The notes below the pieces were generated by a model. It did not search any database and had not been told where the DNA came from. It saw only the letters and a program-made list of their open reading frames with translations. A stretch of DNA of 64,000 nucleotides from Camelus dromedarius (taxonomy: Eukaryota): the NCBI RefSeq assembly GCF_036321535.1, contig NC_087438.1:7814001-7878000 (forward strand). The letters are read 5' to 3'. A program made the translations under genes and the position numbers. Below, one piece after another: positions 39,225 through 52,914 of the stretch (positions within the stretch are counted from its first letter, which is position 1; every line of letters begins with the position of its first letter).

Positions 39225-40718
39225 GCCAAGGCTAATTTGTATGAATGGAATTTAACGAATCTGCCTTCCAAAGCTGCCTGGTCCCATCACGGAGGCTCTG
39301 AGTCCTCAGGTGGCAGGGGAGACTCAGACGATGATCACTAGGCACCACGTTCCCACCCTCAGGCTCGTCTTCCTTCCCACCTCACTGCGCTGGCTCGCCT
39401 TCCAGGATGAAGCGGTGCAGGGACTGGGCCCCATGGCATAAGCACTGCCAAAGGAGACCATGAGAAGAACCCATGTACTTCTGTTAGGCATCTTTCATTT
39501 GTTTGATACTGAGAATGTTCAGAACCCACAATAGTCTGGCGCCCCTAAGGTCCTGAACTTAGGGTGGGAGCCCTGAGGTGGTCCAACGCCTGGCACAGAG
39601 GAGCTGCAGGCTGACCGAGGCCTTCCCCGGTGGGAGGCTTCTAAGTGGCTGAATTAAGCACCATGGCTCAGTCCTCCTAAAAGGTTCCTGCGATGCAAGG
39701 AGAGACGGAAAACATGGAGCACTGCGCCTTGACCAAGAGACAGAGCAGGGCTGGGGATTCACTTCTTAGAGTGGAAGGTCACCGTCCAAGAGACACCAAG
39801 CCGGTATCTCCTAAATTCTGGGCGTATTTAAGCTGGAACACGTGGATCCAGAGGCTGGAGAGAGACCTGGAGCAGCCCTCAGGGACCACCTACAGCTCAA
39901 GAACTGGAACCCACAAATATGCTACCCGTGGTGCGTTTAGGTCAAACGCAGGAATTATACTTAATTATAATGTATAATGCAGGTATTATACTTAAAGACA
40001 CATTCCCATAAATCCTTACCCTAAATAAAATAGTTCCTTTAACCCTCCCTCAAAGTAAAGCTATTTCTAAAATAGTTTAGAAAACAAGTGCTCTGTAACC
40101 TAAACAGATTGAATTTTGACTTAAAAACCTGGCAAGACAGAGCGCTGGGAACTCCGTCCCGCTTTCTCAGTCATCTGCTCCTGACGACAGTCGGGTCTGG
40201 GGTCTGTGCGGCCCTCAGCAGTTGGACATAAGACCACAGCGGCCAGAGGAAAGCTGGACCTACGGCCACAGTGACCAGGCAAGGCTGGCGGGAGAACCAC
40301 CGCGCCCAGAGGAGATGGGGAGGCCTCAGGAGCGGGGGTTCCTGGCAGCGGCAGGGCGGGCACTTTTTCGCTTTACTCCCTTACCTGGGGGCCTGATGGG
40401 TGAGCGGTTCCGCCTCCCAGAGCCTCCCAGGGAGAGGGGTGGAGGCTGCTCTGATTCTGCCAAGGCTGAGCTGCAGCTTCGGGGCCTTCACTGCAGGGCC
40501 ACCTACTTACAGCTGCTCGAGGTAAAGGCCGCTGCATCGTGAACAGGCCTCTCCGGCGGGACAGCTTTCTGAATTCATCGAACTGTCCCCCAGAGCCAAG
40601 CATCTAATGTCATTATGTTGGAAGGGCTGGGAATTCTCAGACTGCTACCCCCGTTTTCCAACAAGAAGTGCAAGGTCGCATATCCACAAGTTCCAAAACG
40701 AGCTATAAAATACGTGTT

Positions 40719-41005
40719 ATTTACAAAACAGAAACGCTCACAGACATGGAAAACAGACGCATGGTTACCGGGGGGAAGGGGTGGGAAGGGGTAAACTGGG
40801 AGTTTGGGATTTGCAGGTACTGACTACTTCATACAAAGCAGATGAACAATCAAGACCCTACTGTGGAGCCCAGGGAACTTCACTCAGTATCTTGCAGTAA
40901 CCTACAGTGACAAGGAATACATGTGCATCCACGTACGGCTGAAACACTACGCTGTACACCAGAAACTGACACAACATTGTAAACTGACTCGACAGGAAAA
41001 AAAAT
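40719..41005 (+). mobile_element. L1 3'UTR fragment, strongly GC-shifted
   Basis: Colinear with the L1 3'UTRs at 5.6, 47.0 and 58.5 kb; TSD core atacgtgtt at 40710-40718 and 41006-41014. Confidence 0.88.
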
Positions 41006-41263
41006 ATACGTGTTGGGTTTCTGTGCCTCTCTCCTCCGTTTCCCTTCTCAGGCCACACCTGTTCTGTGCCTTTGTACCACCTGCAAGGCACCCGCTTGCT
41101 CCCCACCAGAACCTCAATAAATGTGAGAGTCAACACAAAGGATCAGCACCTGCGTCTGACTTGACGCTGTGAGCTGGTACCCGAGAGCCTGCCGGCGACT
41201 CAAGTGCCTCTTTCCTTCTGAAATTTCCTATCTTGGTTTGGCTGTAGAACCAGAGGGGACTCA

Positions 41264-41716
<453 letters not shown>

Positions 41717-42189
41717 TCACGCACACATTTTCCTTTGGATGCATTTAGCCGGGGCTCCTAAAGAAGTCTCCCTTGACAGCGGCGGTGGAAAGAGTTTAGA
41801 GACACTTGGAAAAGTCCTGAGACCTTATCTTCCCCTCAAAGAAACTACTTATGAACAATAGTTACTTTTATGAACAGCCGTCACTGTTGACTGAAGTTCA
41901 CTTGTGAGTGAGGGAGAACCCACAACCACAGGAGGCCCTGGAGGCGGCCCACTCCCGGACCACTGCCGCCTGGGGATGAGGGCTCAACATCACCAAAAGC
42001 ACAGATAACGGGACTTCTGTCAGCTCTGGGAGGGCGACACTAACGCTGACCGTCTGCCAGGGCGCTTTCTGGGAGTAAAACGGGGCAAGGGCTGCAAACC
42101 GGGCCGTCCCAGGCGAGCCAGCGTCCGTGGCCACCGGGGACGCTACGGATCCTCCTTGCCATGGCTGGCACTCCCGTTTCCTTCGCGTG

Positions 42190-42940
42190 GGGGCTGAATG
42201 GTGGTTAAGGACACACGTCATACAGCTGGACGCCTGTGGAGCCTCAGGCCTCTGACTGCTGCTGTGTGACTTGGACGGCGCTCCCGCTATCTCTGTGCCT
42301 CAGTAACGCCCTCTATAAGGTGACCCTAACAGTGCTCACGTCTTACGATGCTGTGTGGTTTAGGGGATTTAAAGTGTTCACGTGCGGTGGGCAGAATAAA
42401 GCTCCCCACCCCCAAAGACGTTCACATCTTAATCTCCGGAACCTGTGAATGTGTTAGGTTATGTGGTGGGGGAGAGTTGACCTTCAGATGGGAAGGCTAG
42501 GATGGGACCACGCAGTCGGGCCCAGCGGACTGGACGGAGATCCAGATGGGCCCATGTAATCATGAGGGTCCTATAAGCAAAAGAGGGAGGCAGAAGAGTT
42601 AGGGTGAAACAGTGTGGGAAGGACACGACCTGCCATTGCTGGCTTTAGAGATGGAAGAAGGGGCCATGAGCCACGGAATGTGGGCGGCCTTCTAGAATTT
42701 GTAAAAGACAAGGAAACAGATGCTTCCTGAGAGCCTGCAGAAGGAATGCAGCTCTGTCCACACACAGATTTTAGCCCAGCAAGACCCATTTTGGACTCCC
42801 TATCTTCAAAACGGTAAGATAATAAATCTGTGCTTTTAAGTCACCATGTCTGTGGCTATTGGTTAAAGCAGCAAGAGGAAACTAACCCACTGTGTACATA
42901 CAAAGCAGAGTGCCCGGCACACAGTAAGTGCTTTACAAGG
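42190..42940 (+). mobile_element. MIR interrupted by an MLT1D-like MaLR LTR (about 42383-42889)
   Basis: MIR 5' (gtggttaagg..ctgtgtgacttgg..tctctgtgcctcagt) and 3' (gtgcccggcacacagtaagtgct) flank tgcggtgggcagaataa...gcagcaagaggaaactaa. Confidence 0.8.
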
Positions 42941-42989
42941 ACACATCGTTAACAGTGGGGGAGGCAGTACCACTGGGAGGGCCAGAGCT

Positions 42990-43152
42990 TGTGACCTGGA
43001 GCTAATCCCTCTGTGATGGAGTCCTGGCTCCGCCATTTAATGAGCTGTGTGACCTTGGCCAAAGTACTAAATCTCTGTGCTTCTATTTCCTCCCAAAGAC
43101 CCCACTGCCAAATTGGAGATTAGCTCTCAACATATGAATTTTGGGGGAAACA
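42990..43152. mobile_element. MIR fragment (+) joined to an antisense MLT1 5' end
   Basis: gctgtgtgaccttggccaaagtactaaatctctgtgc then tcaacatatgaattttggggg..acattcagtcc. Confidence 0.6.
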
Positions 43153-45714
43153 AAACATTCAGTCCAATGCATCAACCTTTTGATTTTTGCTCTGGATTTG
43201 AGGAACTGAAGGAAGAAGAAAAAAAATACCTAACTTTTAAAAAGGATAACATAATGGTGGAAAAAAAAAACTGAACTGAACTAAGTTTTATTTTTAAAAG
43301 CACACCAACTTGGCTATCATTTTTCCGTGACCAACTGTGCAAACAGCCACCATTCAAGGCAGGGGACATTGTTCCATTTTACAGATGAAGGAAACAAGAC
43401 CGGAAGCCATCAGAGACTCATAGCAGAATGTACCATTTCTCTCTTGTCCTGGGTTGGGACTGGAAGGGGGTGGGGGCTGCCAGGGTACAGATCCTGCACT
43501 GCTCCCACCTACAACTGGAATCTGGTAAAAGGCAGCAGATGTCTTTGACTTGACTCCTGGGGGCATGAAAATCAACCAGAAAAACCAGTTTTCAAGGTAT
43601 ATTTCTGGAGCCTTTGCCGTTCCAGACCTTGTCAGCTTTTCAAGGTTTCATGGGCTGCTAATCCCACAGGCTTTGAGTCAACTTGATTTTCTATTTCAAG
43701 CGTCCTCTCGGCATCAAAAAAGAACCGACATGAAAGCAGGTAAGCACAGGACGATGCATGAGAGAAAAGTCTCTCACTGGAAGGAAAATCTTATGGCATA
43801 AGTCAGAACGATTTTTAAATCAGCTCAAACTGATTTTTCTTACATCAAAGACTTGGGAGAATAAACTTTCTCATCCTGCTGTTCGTCCTCCCTGGGGGCA
43901 CATCCATGCCTCTAGTTTAACAAATGACTACTGGGGAATAAATCTGCAGGTTCAAGAAATGCTCTATCATCTACCTGTGGCTGGGGGATGATCTGCGGAG
44001 AAGACGGATGGGGAGAGAGAAAGCGGTGGTGGGGGGTCGGGGGGGAGGACAAGAGGTGGTTTAGAGGGAAGGATGTATGGGGGGGTGTTCCCAGAAACTG
44101 AACTCATCTCTCTCTTTAAGCTTGTTTCGGGAGAATTACCAAGTCAAGTGCTTTTCTCCGAAGGGTACGTACGGGACAAAAAAAAAAAAAAAAAAAAAAA
44201 GACCAGCCCCCGTCTTTCTTGGGGACACCAGCAGAAGGCGCATGGCAGCTGCTGGTTTTGGTTTCCATATCCATTGCTGTCACCAGAGCTTTCAGCAGCT
44301 CCTCTTGGTCACCAGGGTCATTTTGATTCCTTATTTTCTATTAGAAAGGGCTAATTTGGAAGCTGTCTGTAGAATGTGCCACCATATGTTACCCATTCAA
44401 CAAACTGTCCCAATTATGGGAGCTGAGCTGAGAGCGTGCACGGCATCCAGGCTCTTTTACTCATTAACTTCACTGGCCCTGGAGACAGCGTGCACTCACA
44501 TTCTTCCCGCCTCTAACTTGTCATCGTGAAAGCTCAGAAGTGGCCGAGCACAGGGCTGAGTGGAAAATAACAGGACAATAATAATACGTTTAAAACTGAA
44601 CAGCACATTCTGGCCCGCAGAGCACCGCCGGGCGGTTAATCACATTTGGTTCTTCCACCAGCTACGAGGATCCTCCTTGTCTCCAAGGGGAGGTCGCTCG
44701 GGTCCTGCCTCTGGGAGTCGGGAGCGGGAGAAAGCACATCTGTCAGCATGGTCCTGGTGCCTAACGTGGTGCTCCAGCCACCTCGACAGGAATATCTGAG
44801 TCTTCTGACTCCAGCCCTAAATGGTCCTAATTTTTCCAGTTGACTCTTTGGTGGAAAACATGGACATTAAGACAGAGGGTCTCCAAGCTCCGCCCAGAGT
44901 CTGAGGAGTCTGGTTGTCCAAGACATCAGAAAACAGCATGTGTGCCTCACAGCACTTTGATTTTGGACCACACTCTTGGAGGCTGCCTACCCCACCACAC
45001 TGGTGGTGCGGGCACTTGGCCAAGGCAAGAGGAAGTTGACTCTTCTTTTGTTTTCAACTGCAAGGCCCAGGCAGTAATCTCGCTTGCCTGGTCTCCATTA
45101 CAGTAAGAGGCTTCAGGTCCCCTGCCTTAGTCTTTACCACTCGGAATATTAAGATCCTTGGCAGCTTCTGTGAAATACAAATTACTTTCAGCAGCTTTTT
45201 AAAAACTAAATCCCATGTCTGTTGTGTTAACAGGTATCTGTATACACTCAAGACAGCTTCTTCACTGGTTGCCTCTTTAGGGACTTAATTTTCCTGTCAA
45301 TGATATGAAAAGGTCTACAATGGCTGTTAAGGCTTTTACAAGAGAGGTTGATTCAATCTTTTATATAATATTTCACTTTTGCAATTGATAACATGTACAC
45401 AGTAAATGAATGGATGCGAATGAAACTGAGTGGCAGTGACAAGATGACAGTGTTCGTAACTGGACTGACCTCATCTTAAAAGGGCTGGCGTTCCCAGCAG
45501 AGATCATGGATTCCAATCTTTAGGAAGTAGGGCTCAGGAATCAGTAACTTCGTAAAGTTTTCAGTCACTCTAATGTGTAGTGAAGGTTGAGAAGTGCCAT
45601 GCGAAATCATCCCCATGCCACTAGCAACTAAATGAATAAAATCATTCTTATTTGTTCTTTATCTGACTTGCCAACTCAATTACATTATTCTTTATTCTTG
45701 ATTGGAGTCCACTG

Positions 45715-46138
45715 TAAAGCTGGATTTCCTAAGGTGGGTTCACAATCCAAGATGCACATGGAATGACCAGAGGAAATTTCAGAGGAACAGACATTGGAGA
45801 CGAGAGTTGGACATTCGGATTCAGGGGGCTGTGGTGGGGGTGGGTCCAGGCATGCACATTTATTAAATGCTCCAAAGGCAATTCTGATGAAGAGTTGGCA
45901 TTAAAACCGTGGGATTAAGGCTTTGGTTCACAACCAGGGCCATTTTTTAATTCTTCATGGCACATTTGGCAATGTTTGGAGACATTTTTGTTTGTTACAA
46001 TGGGGGTGGGGGGCATGGTACTGGCATCTTATGGGTGGAGGCCAGGAACGCTGCTCAGTATCCGACAGGGCACAGGATCACCCCCAATAAAGCAATAATC
46101 AGCCCAAAATGTCAACAGTGTGGTTCTTGAGAAGAGCT
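45715..46138. mobile_element. MER5-like relic followed by MER20 (about 45921-46138)
   Basis: cacatttggcaatgtttggagacattttt...gggtggaggccagg...cccaaaatgtcaacagtg. Confidence 0.7.
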
Positions 46139-46800
46139 TACTAAGGTGTCATGCTCACCACACCTATTACTTTAGAGCATCAGTAAAGTCTGCATTTATA
46201 GGATATTATGAAATTACAGATTCTTATTTAAAGTGAATCAACACTAATCAAAAGACAAATTAAGATAAAACAAAACAGCTCAAACACTGGAGAAGCTCAC
46301 CCAATTCTATTTTGGTTTGTGAAGTAAAACACTGAGTAGACACTAATGATTAACATTTTGACAGCCTCGTTAATTTAGCATTTTGATGGCATTTATTTAG
46401 ACTTTATCAGGCATTCTTTAAATGGCATTTGATAGAATTAAGTTGTGAAAAAACTATCTTGTAAGAATACAGGCTTATTCAAATCTCAGGTAGTTTTAAA
46501 ATTTCCTTTTTCTTTGGAAAGTGGATTTTAGAAAATAAAGCTAGAAGACAGTGGGTACCCTGGTGTGTGAAGGCTTATATACTCATCTGGAACACCTGTA
46601 GTTTGAGTTACTTTAATTCTTACGTGTTACTAATCAAGAATTAAGTGTCTAGTTCTAGGCTAGGATTGGAAGTCCTGTCGATACAGATTTCAGACTGAAA
46701 GTATTAAACTCCGCGCTAACTCCCCATCCTTGTTAGCCGTTGTTTAGTCCCCGGACATCTTTATTCTGTAAGACGCTTCACCTGTGCAAACACAACAGAC

Positions 46801-46918
46801 CTTGCTGTCAATCTCACTGCTCCCCAGCGCAGACTGAATCACGTAGAGCAGCGCGTCCGTGAGCCCGTCACACTCCCGCATCCTCCTGCGGGCTTCCTCT
46901 CCGGCTGAACTAACGTTC
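46801..46918 (-). CDS. CTNND2: CTNND2 coding exon (118 nt, about exon 13): (R)[39 protein letters not shown]
   Basis: Acceptor ttttgctttgcag|G AAC; donor AAG|gtctgt; 1+39x3 nt; peptide recognised as delta-catenin ARM sequence (inside ORF 46744..46977). Confidence 0.97.
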
Positions 46919-46945
46919 CTGCAAAGCAAAAAGGGTGTGTCAGCA

Positions 46946-47258
46946 AATGAACGGATCTCCAAAACAGAAAGAGACACACAGGCATAGAAAGCAAACTTAA
47001 GGTTACCCGGGGCGGTGGGGAGGGGGGAGGAGGGGTAAATCGGGAGTTTGGGATTTGCAGATACACACTACTACGTATAAAATAGATGAATGACAAGGTC
47101 TGAGTCTATAGCACAGGGGACTGAATTCCATATCTTGTAATAGCCTATAATAAAAAGAATATGAAAATGAATATATGTATGTAACTGAGTCACTATGCCA
47201 TACACCAGAAATTAACACACCATTGTAAATCGACCATATTTCAATTAAAAAAAATAGA
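46946..47258 (+). mobile_element. L1 3'UTR insertion 28 nt upstream of exon 13
   Basis: aaatgaacggatctccaaaacagaaagagac...ctatagcacagggg...ttcaattaaaaaaaa; TSD core tgtgtcagca at 46936-46945 and 47259-47268. Confidence 0.9.
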
Positions 47259-48135
47259 TGTGTCAGCATCCTTCATGGTGGTCATCAAAAGAATGTTCTT
47301 CTGCCCACCTCTTGTGATAGCTTTAATGAAAACACTGCCTTTTCAGAGCATTTACCAAGAATATAGTTTTAATGAGTAGGAATGGCTTCCACAAATGCCT
47401 CCTAGAACCGGCTGAGTCACAGATGTCTGTAACGGAACACTAGAGAGGGAGAATGCAGAATTCCAAACACGCCATCCCTGACAGTCCTGCGACCACTAAG
47501 GACGGAGACTTTGGAAAAGTCTTCCAGGTCTGCTTCACTTACAATCGACAAGGGAATCAGAAGCTCTTTGATTCAAAGGATTCCTCTTCTTTGAGAAGTC
47601 TGAAATTCCTTCCAAAGACAAAAGCTTCCAACTTAGTGAAATATCTTACAGCCCTAAGTTCACCTGCCTCAAAAATATACCTACCTTGGCCCCACCGGAG
47701 GTAAACTTCTAGAAATTTATCCCAAGAACATAGATAGAGGTTTAGGTGAAAACTGAGTCATCGGGGTGCCCATGGCACCTTTTATGGGTCAGAGAAGCCA
47801 AGCTCCTTCCTGTAGCGGCAAAGGAAGCTAAAGCCAACCGAAGAGGCCTCTTGTAACGGACACACAGCTGGGAGGCAGAGAGCACGTCTTGACCTACAAG
47901 ACACGAGACAATCCAGTCGAAGGAGAATCGTCGGGGTGCTTGTCATCACGTTCTTTGTCTGCTAACCACGGCTAGGATGCATTTCCAGTAGAGACTTCTG
48001 CAGTGACTGACTCAGGGACAGCACAGCCTTTTGGAGGGGTGCTGGAGGAGGTGAGTTAACAGAAGGTACCAAGGGACAGAAAGAATTTAGAAACTTGGGG
48101 AAGGGTGATGGAAAGAGAGAATGATCTAGGTAGGG

Positions 48136-48281
48136 CAGTGGTTCTCAAACTATGGCTAGCAAAAGAATCACATGGAGGGTGTGTTCCTGTAAATTGCTGG
48201 GACCCACCTAGGGAGCACAGGTGGAGTCGGATAATTGGCATATTTGGTGATGCTGACATTGAAAACCACTGCTCTGGCTCT
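48136..48281. mobile_element. MER5A-like DNA transposon
   Basis: Terminal inverted repeats cagtggttctcaa ... ttgaaaaccactg. Confidence 0.75.
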
Positions 48282-48474
48282 AGTTCTGGTGGGGAGGGTT
48301 TGGTTGGGGAGGGTAGTGTTCTCTGCTGACTGCTGAGGCCCACCACGTGGCAGATTCCAAGAATCTGTCACCTTGGGCAGAGCCCACAGGAGTAGATGGA
48401 TAGAATGGATCTCCAAAAACACGCTGTAACTGACAGAGGTATTCTCATTCTGTTTTCCCAACAACCTTCCCCAC

Positions 48475-48590
48475 TATACTTCATTCTGTTCAACAGATGA
48501 GAAAACGGAGGCTCCAAGAGGTTGTTCAAGGCCACATACATAGAAAATAGAGAAACTGGAACAAAACCCAGGTCGGTGAAGCAGAGGAAA
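48475..48590 (-). mobile_element. MIR
   Basis: acagatgagaaaacggaggctccaagaggttgttcaaggccacata. Confidence 0.65.
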
Positions 48591-51500
48591 GCAAGGGCTT
48601 CAGGCATGATATACAGTATGGACTATATTTTTTTAGGAATTAAATCAAAATAAAATAGGCTCAATGCTAAAGTACTACTGAACATAAATGTTTTCTTTAA
48701 CATCTAAAAAATTCTGTAGACATGTTTACATAGGGTCTATCAGCATTTTCATGTAACACTGGGAAAGGTTATTCAGTTCAAATTAGTATTTTTGGCATTT
48801 GCTGATCTTGAATATAAACAAAACTCCTCAGTTCCTTAGATAACATAACTGAGCAAATACGAGAAGCATTTTTACATGAAGTGTTACAGATTCTGCCTTG
48901 GGGGGGCCACCCCTCGTTTCTGACAGAATCCTTGGGAGGGAGGAAGGACTCCTCCTGGGAGAGAAACAGTGGTGAGAGGGACACTGCATTATCCAAACTA
49001 GAAGGATGGCCATTTTAAGAGAGTATTTTCAGACCACTCATCCTTGAAATGATTTTCAGCAGGTTGAACTTGGACACTGAGAGAGTAATAGGTTTGACAA
49101 GTTCTAATCAGACCTCTTTGGTCAGAAGAATGCTGGGTGCAATGTATGATTATGTGTCTTAAATCCTGCCTCTTCATGCTGTGATGAGGTCATGTTTCCA
49201 GACAGAAAGATGGAATTCAGACTTGAAAGAAGAACTGAGGGATAGCTCTTGTGCACCTTAGTCTCAAATATCCTCTACACTTTTCCTTCGCTGATGAATG
49301 CTGTCTTCCCTGTGCAGCTTCACGATGGGGGCAGGCTGCCTCCTGATTCACAAATAAACATCATAATGATCAGCCCTATTTTCATCGGTAATCAATGAAC
49401 GGGCAGGGCCAGCCAAGGGGAACGATCAGGAATTAACAACTCTGTCAACATCGTAAATTTTCGATATTAATTTGAGCATTTTTCTTTATTCTAGTTCCTG
49501 TTCGATTCTAGTCTAATCTCTAAAATTAAAAAAAAGTTACTAACTGGCTACTATATAAAAATGTGTAAGACACTGAGAAATGAAAAAGACTAACAAGTCA
49601 TATATATTTTTAAGTGAACTGAGGTGTGGACATGTCTCTTTTTTAGTGGGTAATGGTGTCCTACAAGCCTTTGGTTTGGTTGGGTTGGGTTGGGTTTCCA
49701 CTTTTAATCAACTATCCCTGAACAAGTGAATTATATCACAAGATTATCTTTGGTTTCTCCCTCTGGAGGAGAGGAAGGTTTCCTTTACTCCCTAGCACAA
49801 AATTTATTACACTTGTATGTTTCACTGTTTAAAAAGAAAAATCCCAGTGACCTTGTGTATTGGTCACTGAACAAGTTAATCATAATTATGGTCCTACGTA
49901 AGTGTTTTCACAAAGAGTCAATGCCCCACCTACAAAGTTCTTTCCTGCTGTTGTACTTGAACCATCTTCTGCTCACATTAGGGGAGTGATTTTCATGTCT
50001 GGCTAGAAACTGGTACAGCAAAATTCTATGCACAAATGTAGCATTAAAACAAATACTTGTAGCTATTTTTTTAAAAAGCACAATGATGCTATAATATCTA
50101 TTCCTTAGAAGTAATTTTTATAATCTTGATGGAATTGTCAGTTGATATGTCATTTGGAAATTTCTGCCTAAAGTGGATTCTATAATCTTTTTATCTAATA
50201 GATGAAAAATGAAACAATTTATTTCTATATCTTACAATTAAGAGATATGACATCTCTTGCCATCGTTCTTACTCAAATGTAACTAGCTAAACTGCTTTAT
50301 TTTCCCTATCTTCAGTGCTGTTTGGCATCTCATTTCTCTGAGCTTCCATCACTCACTATGTTCATTAAAAAAAAATTTAATATACTGTGCTCATAGGGTC
50401 CAAAGTGGAATTTACACGAAAGGCTCTAGTTGCACATCTCCATTTCAGATGGTCCGGATATGGGGGATCAAATCACATAGAAAAGCAAGGGATGAGAGTT
50501 TGAGTAATCAATCTGTTTGAAATCAGCCTCTCCCTTCTCCATACTCCCTTAGCTCTTTGAATCTTATTGATTGCTTATTGATCACCATTGATTTTGCATT
50601 GGCATTATTTAGGCTGTGACCTTATTGCTGCACTGGGACTTTCAGGGGGGCAGAAGGCATGTCATGGTTATTTGTATGCCCAGCGTGCAGCTGAGTGCCC
50701 GGTACATCCGAGGTGCTCAATGCAAGCTGGCTATCACATGTGTGCTCAGCTCTTGCAATGGACTGGAATTCACATGGAGTCCGGAACCGAATCACCTCTG
50801 TGCTCTGTGCTTATTGGATAAGTATCAGATGTCTGTGACACCATCCATGCAGGCTTCTACTGCGATTTCTGTTCTGCCACTACAACCGCCATCCTTGTAA
50901 ACTTGTTCAGCTTGAGATCTGAAGTTTCTTATGATTGTTGATAATATTGATCATACACACTGAGTGCTGGAGCGAACTGCACGTTTGCTGCCGGGAGCCA
51001 ATCAGGCTCTCCCCAGTGTCACACCCACCTCGCCCACAGGCCTGTAGGAAGAGTTTTCTGGTTCAAGATTACTTTGTCTCCCTGTGGTCTCTGTTACCTC
51101 CTTTCCTCTCCACCTCACCTGATTCTTGGCTTTTATAATCTGGCCTCCAGTGGGGTCATCTCATACCTGGCCCACCCCCAGCCCCTTGAGTCCTGGGTTC
51201 CAGCCCTGCTAAAACTCCTTACCGTCCTTCCTGTTGGCCCAGCCCTGCATATCTCTGGGATCCTTGGCCTCATCTCCCAACTTACAATCAATAGAGCCCA
51301 GACACTGGGTCTCTGTAGGATCTGGGCTGGGTTCCTGAGACTGTAAACATGTGTGAGCGGTGGGACGGGGCGGCCAGAGGGTTTTAGAGAGCAGAGCTGA
51401 GGTCGTTTCAAGAAACACAGGTAGTCTGGAGGCAAAGCTGAAATATGAAGCCACCCACTCCGCAGGCCTTGATGCCAACACATCAGGACAGGCAGGGGAG

Positions 51501-51688
51501 AGACAGAATCCATCACAGGTGACAGCACAGGGCAGATCTGATGTTCAAGCGGGTCTGTCTTTGTAGGGGAGGGGTGGGAAGCATCCTCTTCTTGGTTGTC
51601 TATTCCTTGCTCCCCACTGCATAGGACTGAGCAGGAACTCAGTGAATGATTGCTGAATAACATGTTTTCAGGGCTGTCTCCTTCTAGC

Positions 51689-51895
51689 CAGTAGTTCTCA
51701 ACCATGGCGGTTTTGCCCCCGGGGAACATTTACTAATGTCTGGGCGCCTCGGAACATTTTGGTTGTCATAACTGCAGAGGGAGGGGTGTTGCCAGCATCT
51801 AGTATCTGCATGTGGTCAGGGCTGCTGCTAAACATCCTGCGATGCCCAGGACCAGCCCCCCAGGGAAGAATGCCATGTGGAGGCTGAGGACCCTG
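51689..51895 (+). mobile_element. MER20
   Basis: cagtagttctcaacc..ttttgcccc...cattttggttgtcataactg...gctgctaaacatcct. Confidence 0.8.
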
Positions 51896-51960
51896 CGCTG
51901 GGTAGCTAGGCTCCCTGAGGGTCTGATCTGCAGGACTTCAGTACTGAACATTGCTCAGCC

Positions 51961-52111
51961 CAGTGGTTCTCAAACCTCTGCTGCATACGAATTGTCTTTG
52001 GAACTTGATAAAAATTCAAAGGCTCAGGTCCTCACCCTAGTCCAATAACACTGGGCCTGAGTGTGTTCTGTTAGATTGATGCCAATCCACACCAGGGTTT
52101 GAGAATCACTG
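51961..52111. mobile_element. MER5-like DNA transposon
   Basis: TIRs cagtggttctcaaacc ... ggtttgagaatcactg. Confidence 0.75.
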
Positions 52112-52219
52112 TCCTAGCCCACAGCAGGGAATTGGGATATTTATTGAATGATCCTGTAATCATCCACTGGAGCCACATGATACATGGATTCTTAATACTT
52201 GGTCATCTCTTCCCAACAG

Positions 52220-52914
52220 TAAAACCAAGCAGGACTCCATGCAGCCTTCCTAGGATAACCCCCTCCCCACCCCTACCACATCCCTCCACCTGCCTTTTAT
52301 CTGTAGAAAAACTTTGGCCAAAGAATATTTTTAATCAGAGAAGTGAGAAATATAGAAGCAAAGGAGATCAGTCAAACAAGACCAAGTAATAGTTCACTCA
52401 TTAAGCAAAGTCAAGGACCTTACGTTCCTCTTCAAGGACTATAGATAATATTCTGAGCCACATCCTTTGGACTGTTTTGTAGATACTGAAACTCGAACCA
52501 GCGGAAGAAGTTAACTACAGAATGACCAGACTGTAGCCATGACATAAGCTGCCACAATTCCAAGAACTGGCCTCAAAGAAATGGGAACAAATCACCCTGG
52601 AATTGAAAATTAATTGTTCTTAAAACAATCATGATGACGCTGATCAGACCACTGCGTGAGCAATTTCAAGATGACTATGGGAGCTGGCTGTGCTGTTCTG
52701 CAGTAGCCCCCTCCCTCCACCTGTATACCCCTGAAACTCCCCTTTAAAAGCTTTGTGCCCTGATCCACAGAGGGGAGTTGGCCTTTGGACATGAGTCTAC
52801 CTTCTCCCCTGGTTGCTGGTCTCTGAAATAAAGCAACCTTTCCCTTCCTACCAACACTTGTCTCTCAAGTATTAGCTTTTGAGTAGCAAGCAGCCAGACC
52901 TGACTTTGGTAACA
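52220..52914 (+). mobile_element. ERV1-class solo LTR with 4-bp TSD
   Basis: Ends ggtaaca; TSD acag at 52216-52219 and 52915-52918; TATA-like tttaaaa near 52743 and aataaa near 52827; 5' TG decayed to TA. Confidence 0.8.

Noticed and set aside
39948..39995. 17-bp near-direct repeat gcagg(a/t)attatacttaa with a spacer
   Set aside because: Only two copies; a simple slippage duplication, not an array.
49671..49697. (TTGGG/TTGGT)n run resembling telomeric repeat
   Set aside because: Pentamer microsatellite, not TTAGGG, and too short.
51133..51729. 198-aa minus-strand ORF
   Set aside because: Starts inside a MER20 and crosses an L2 tail; no protein family signal.
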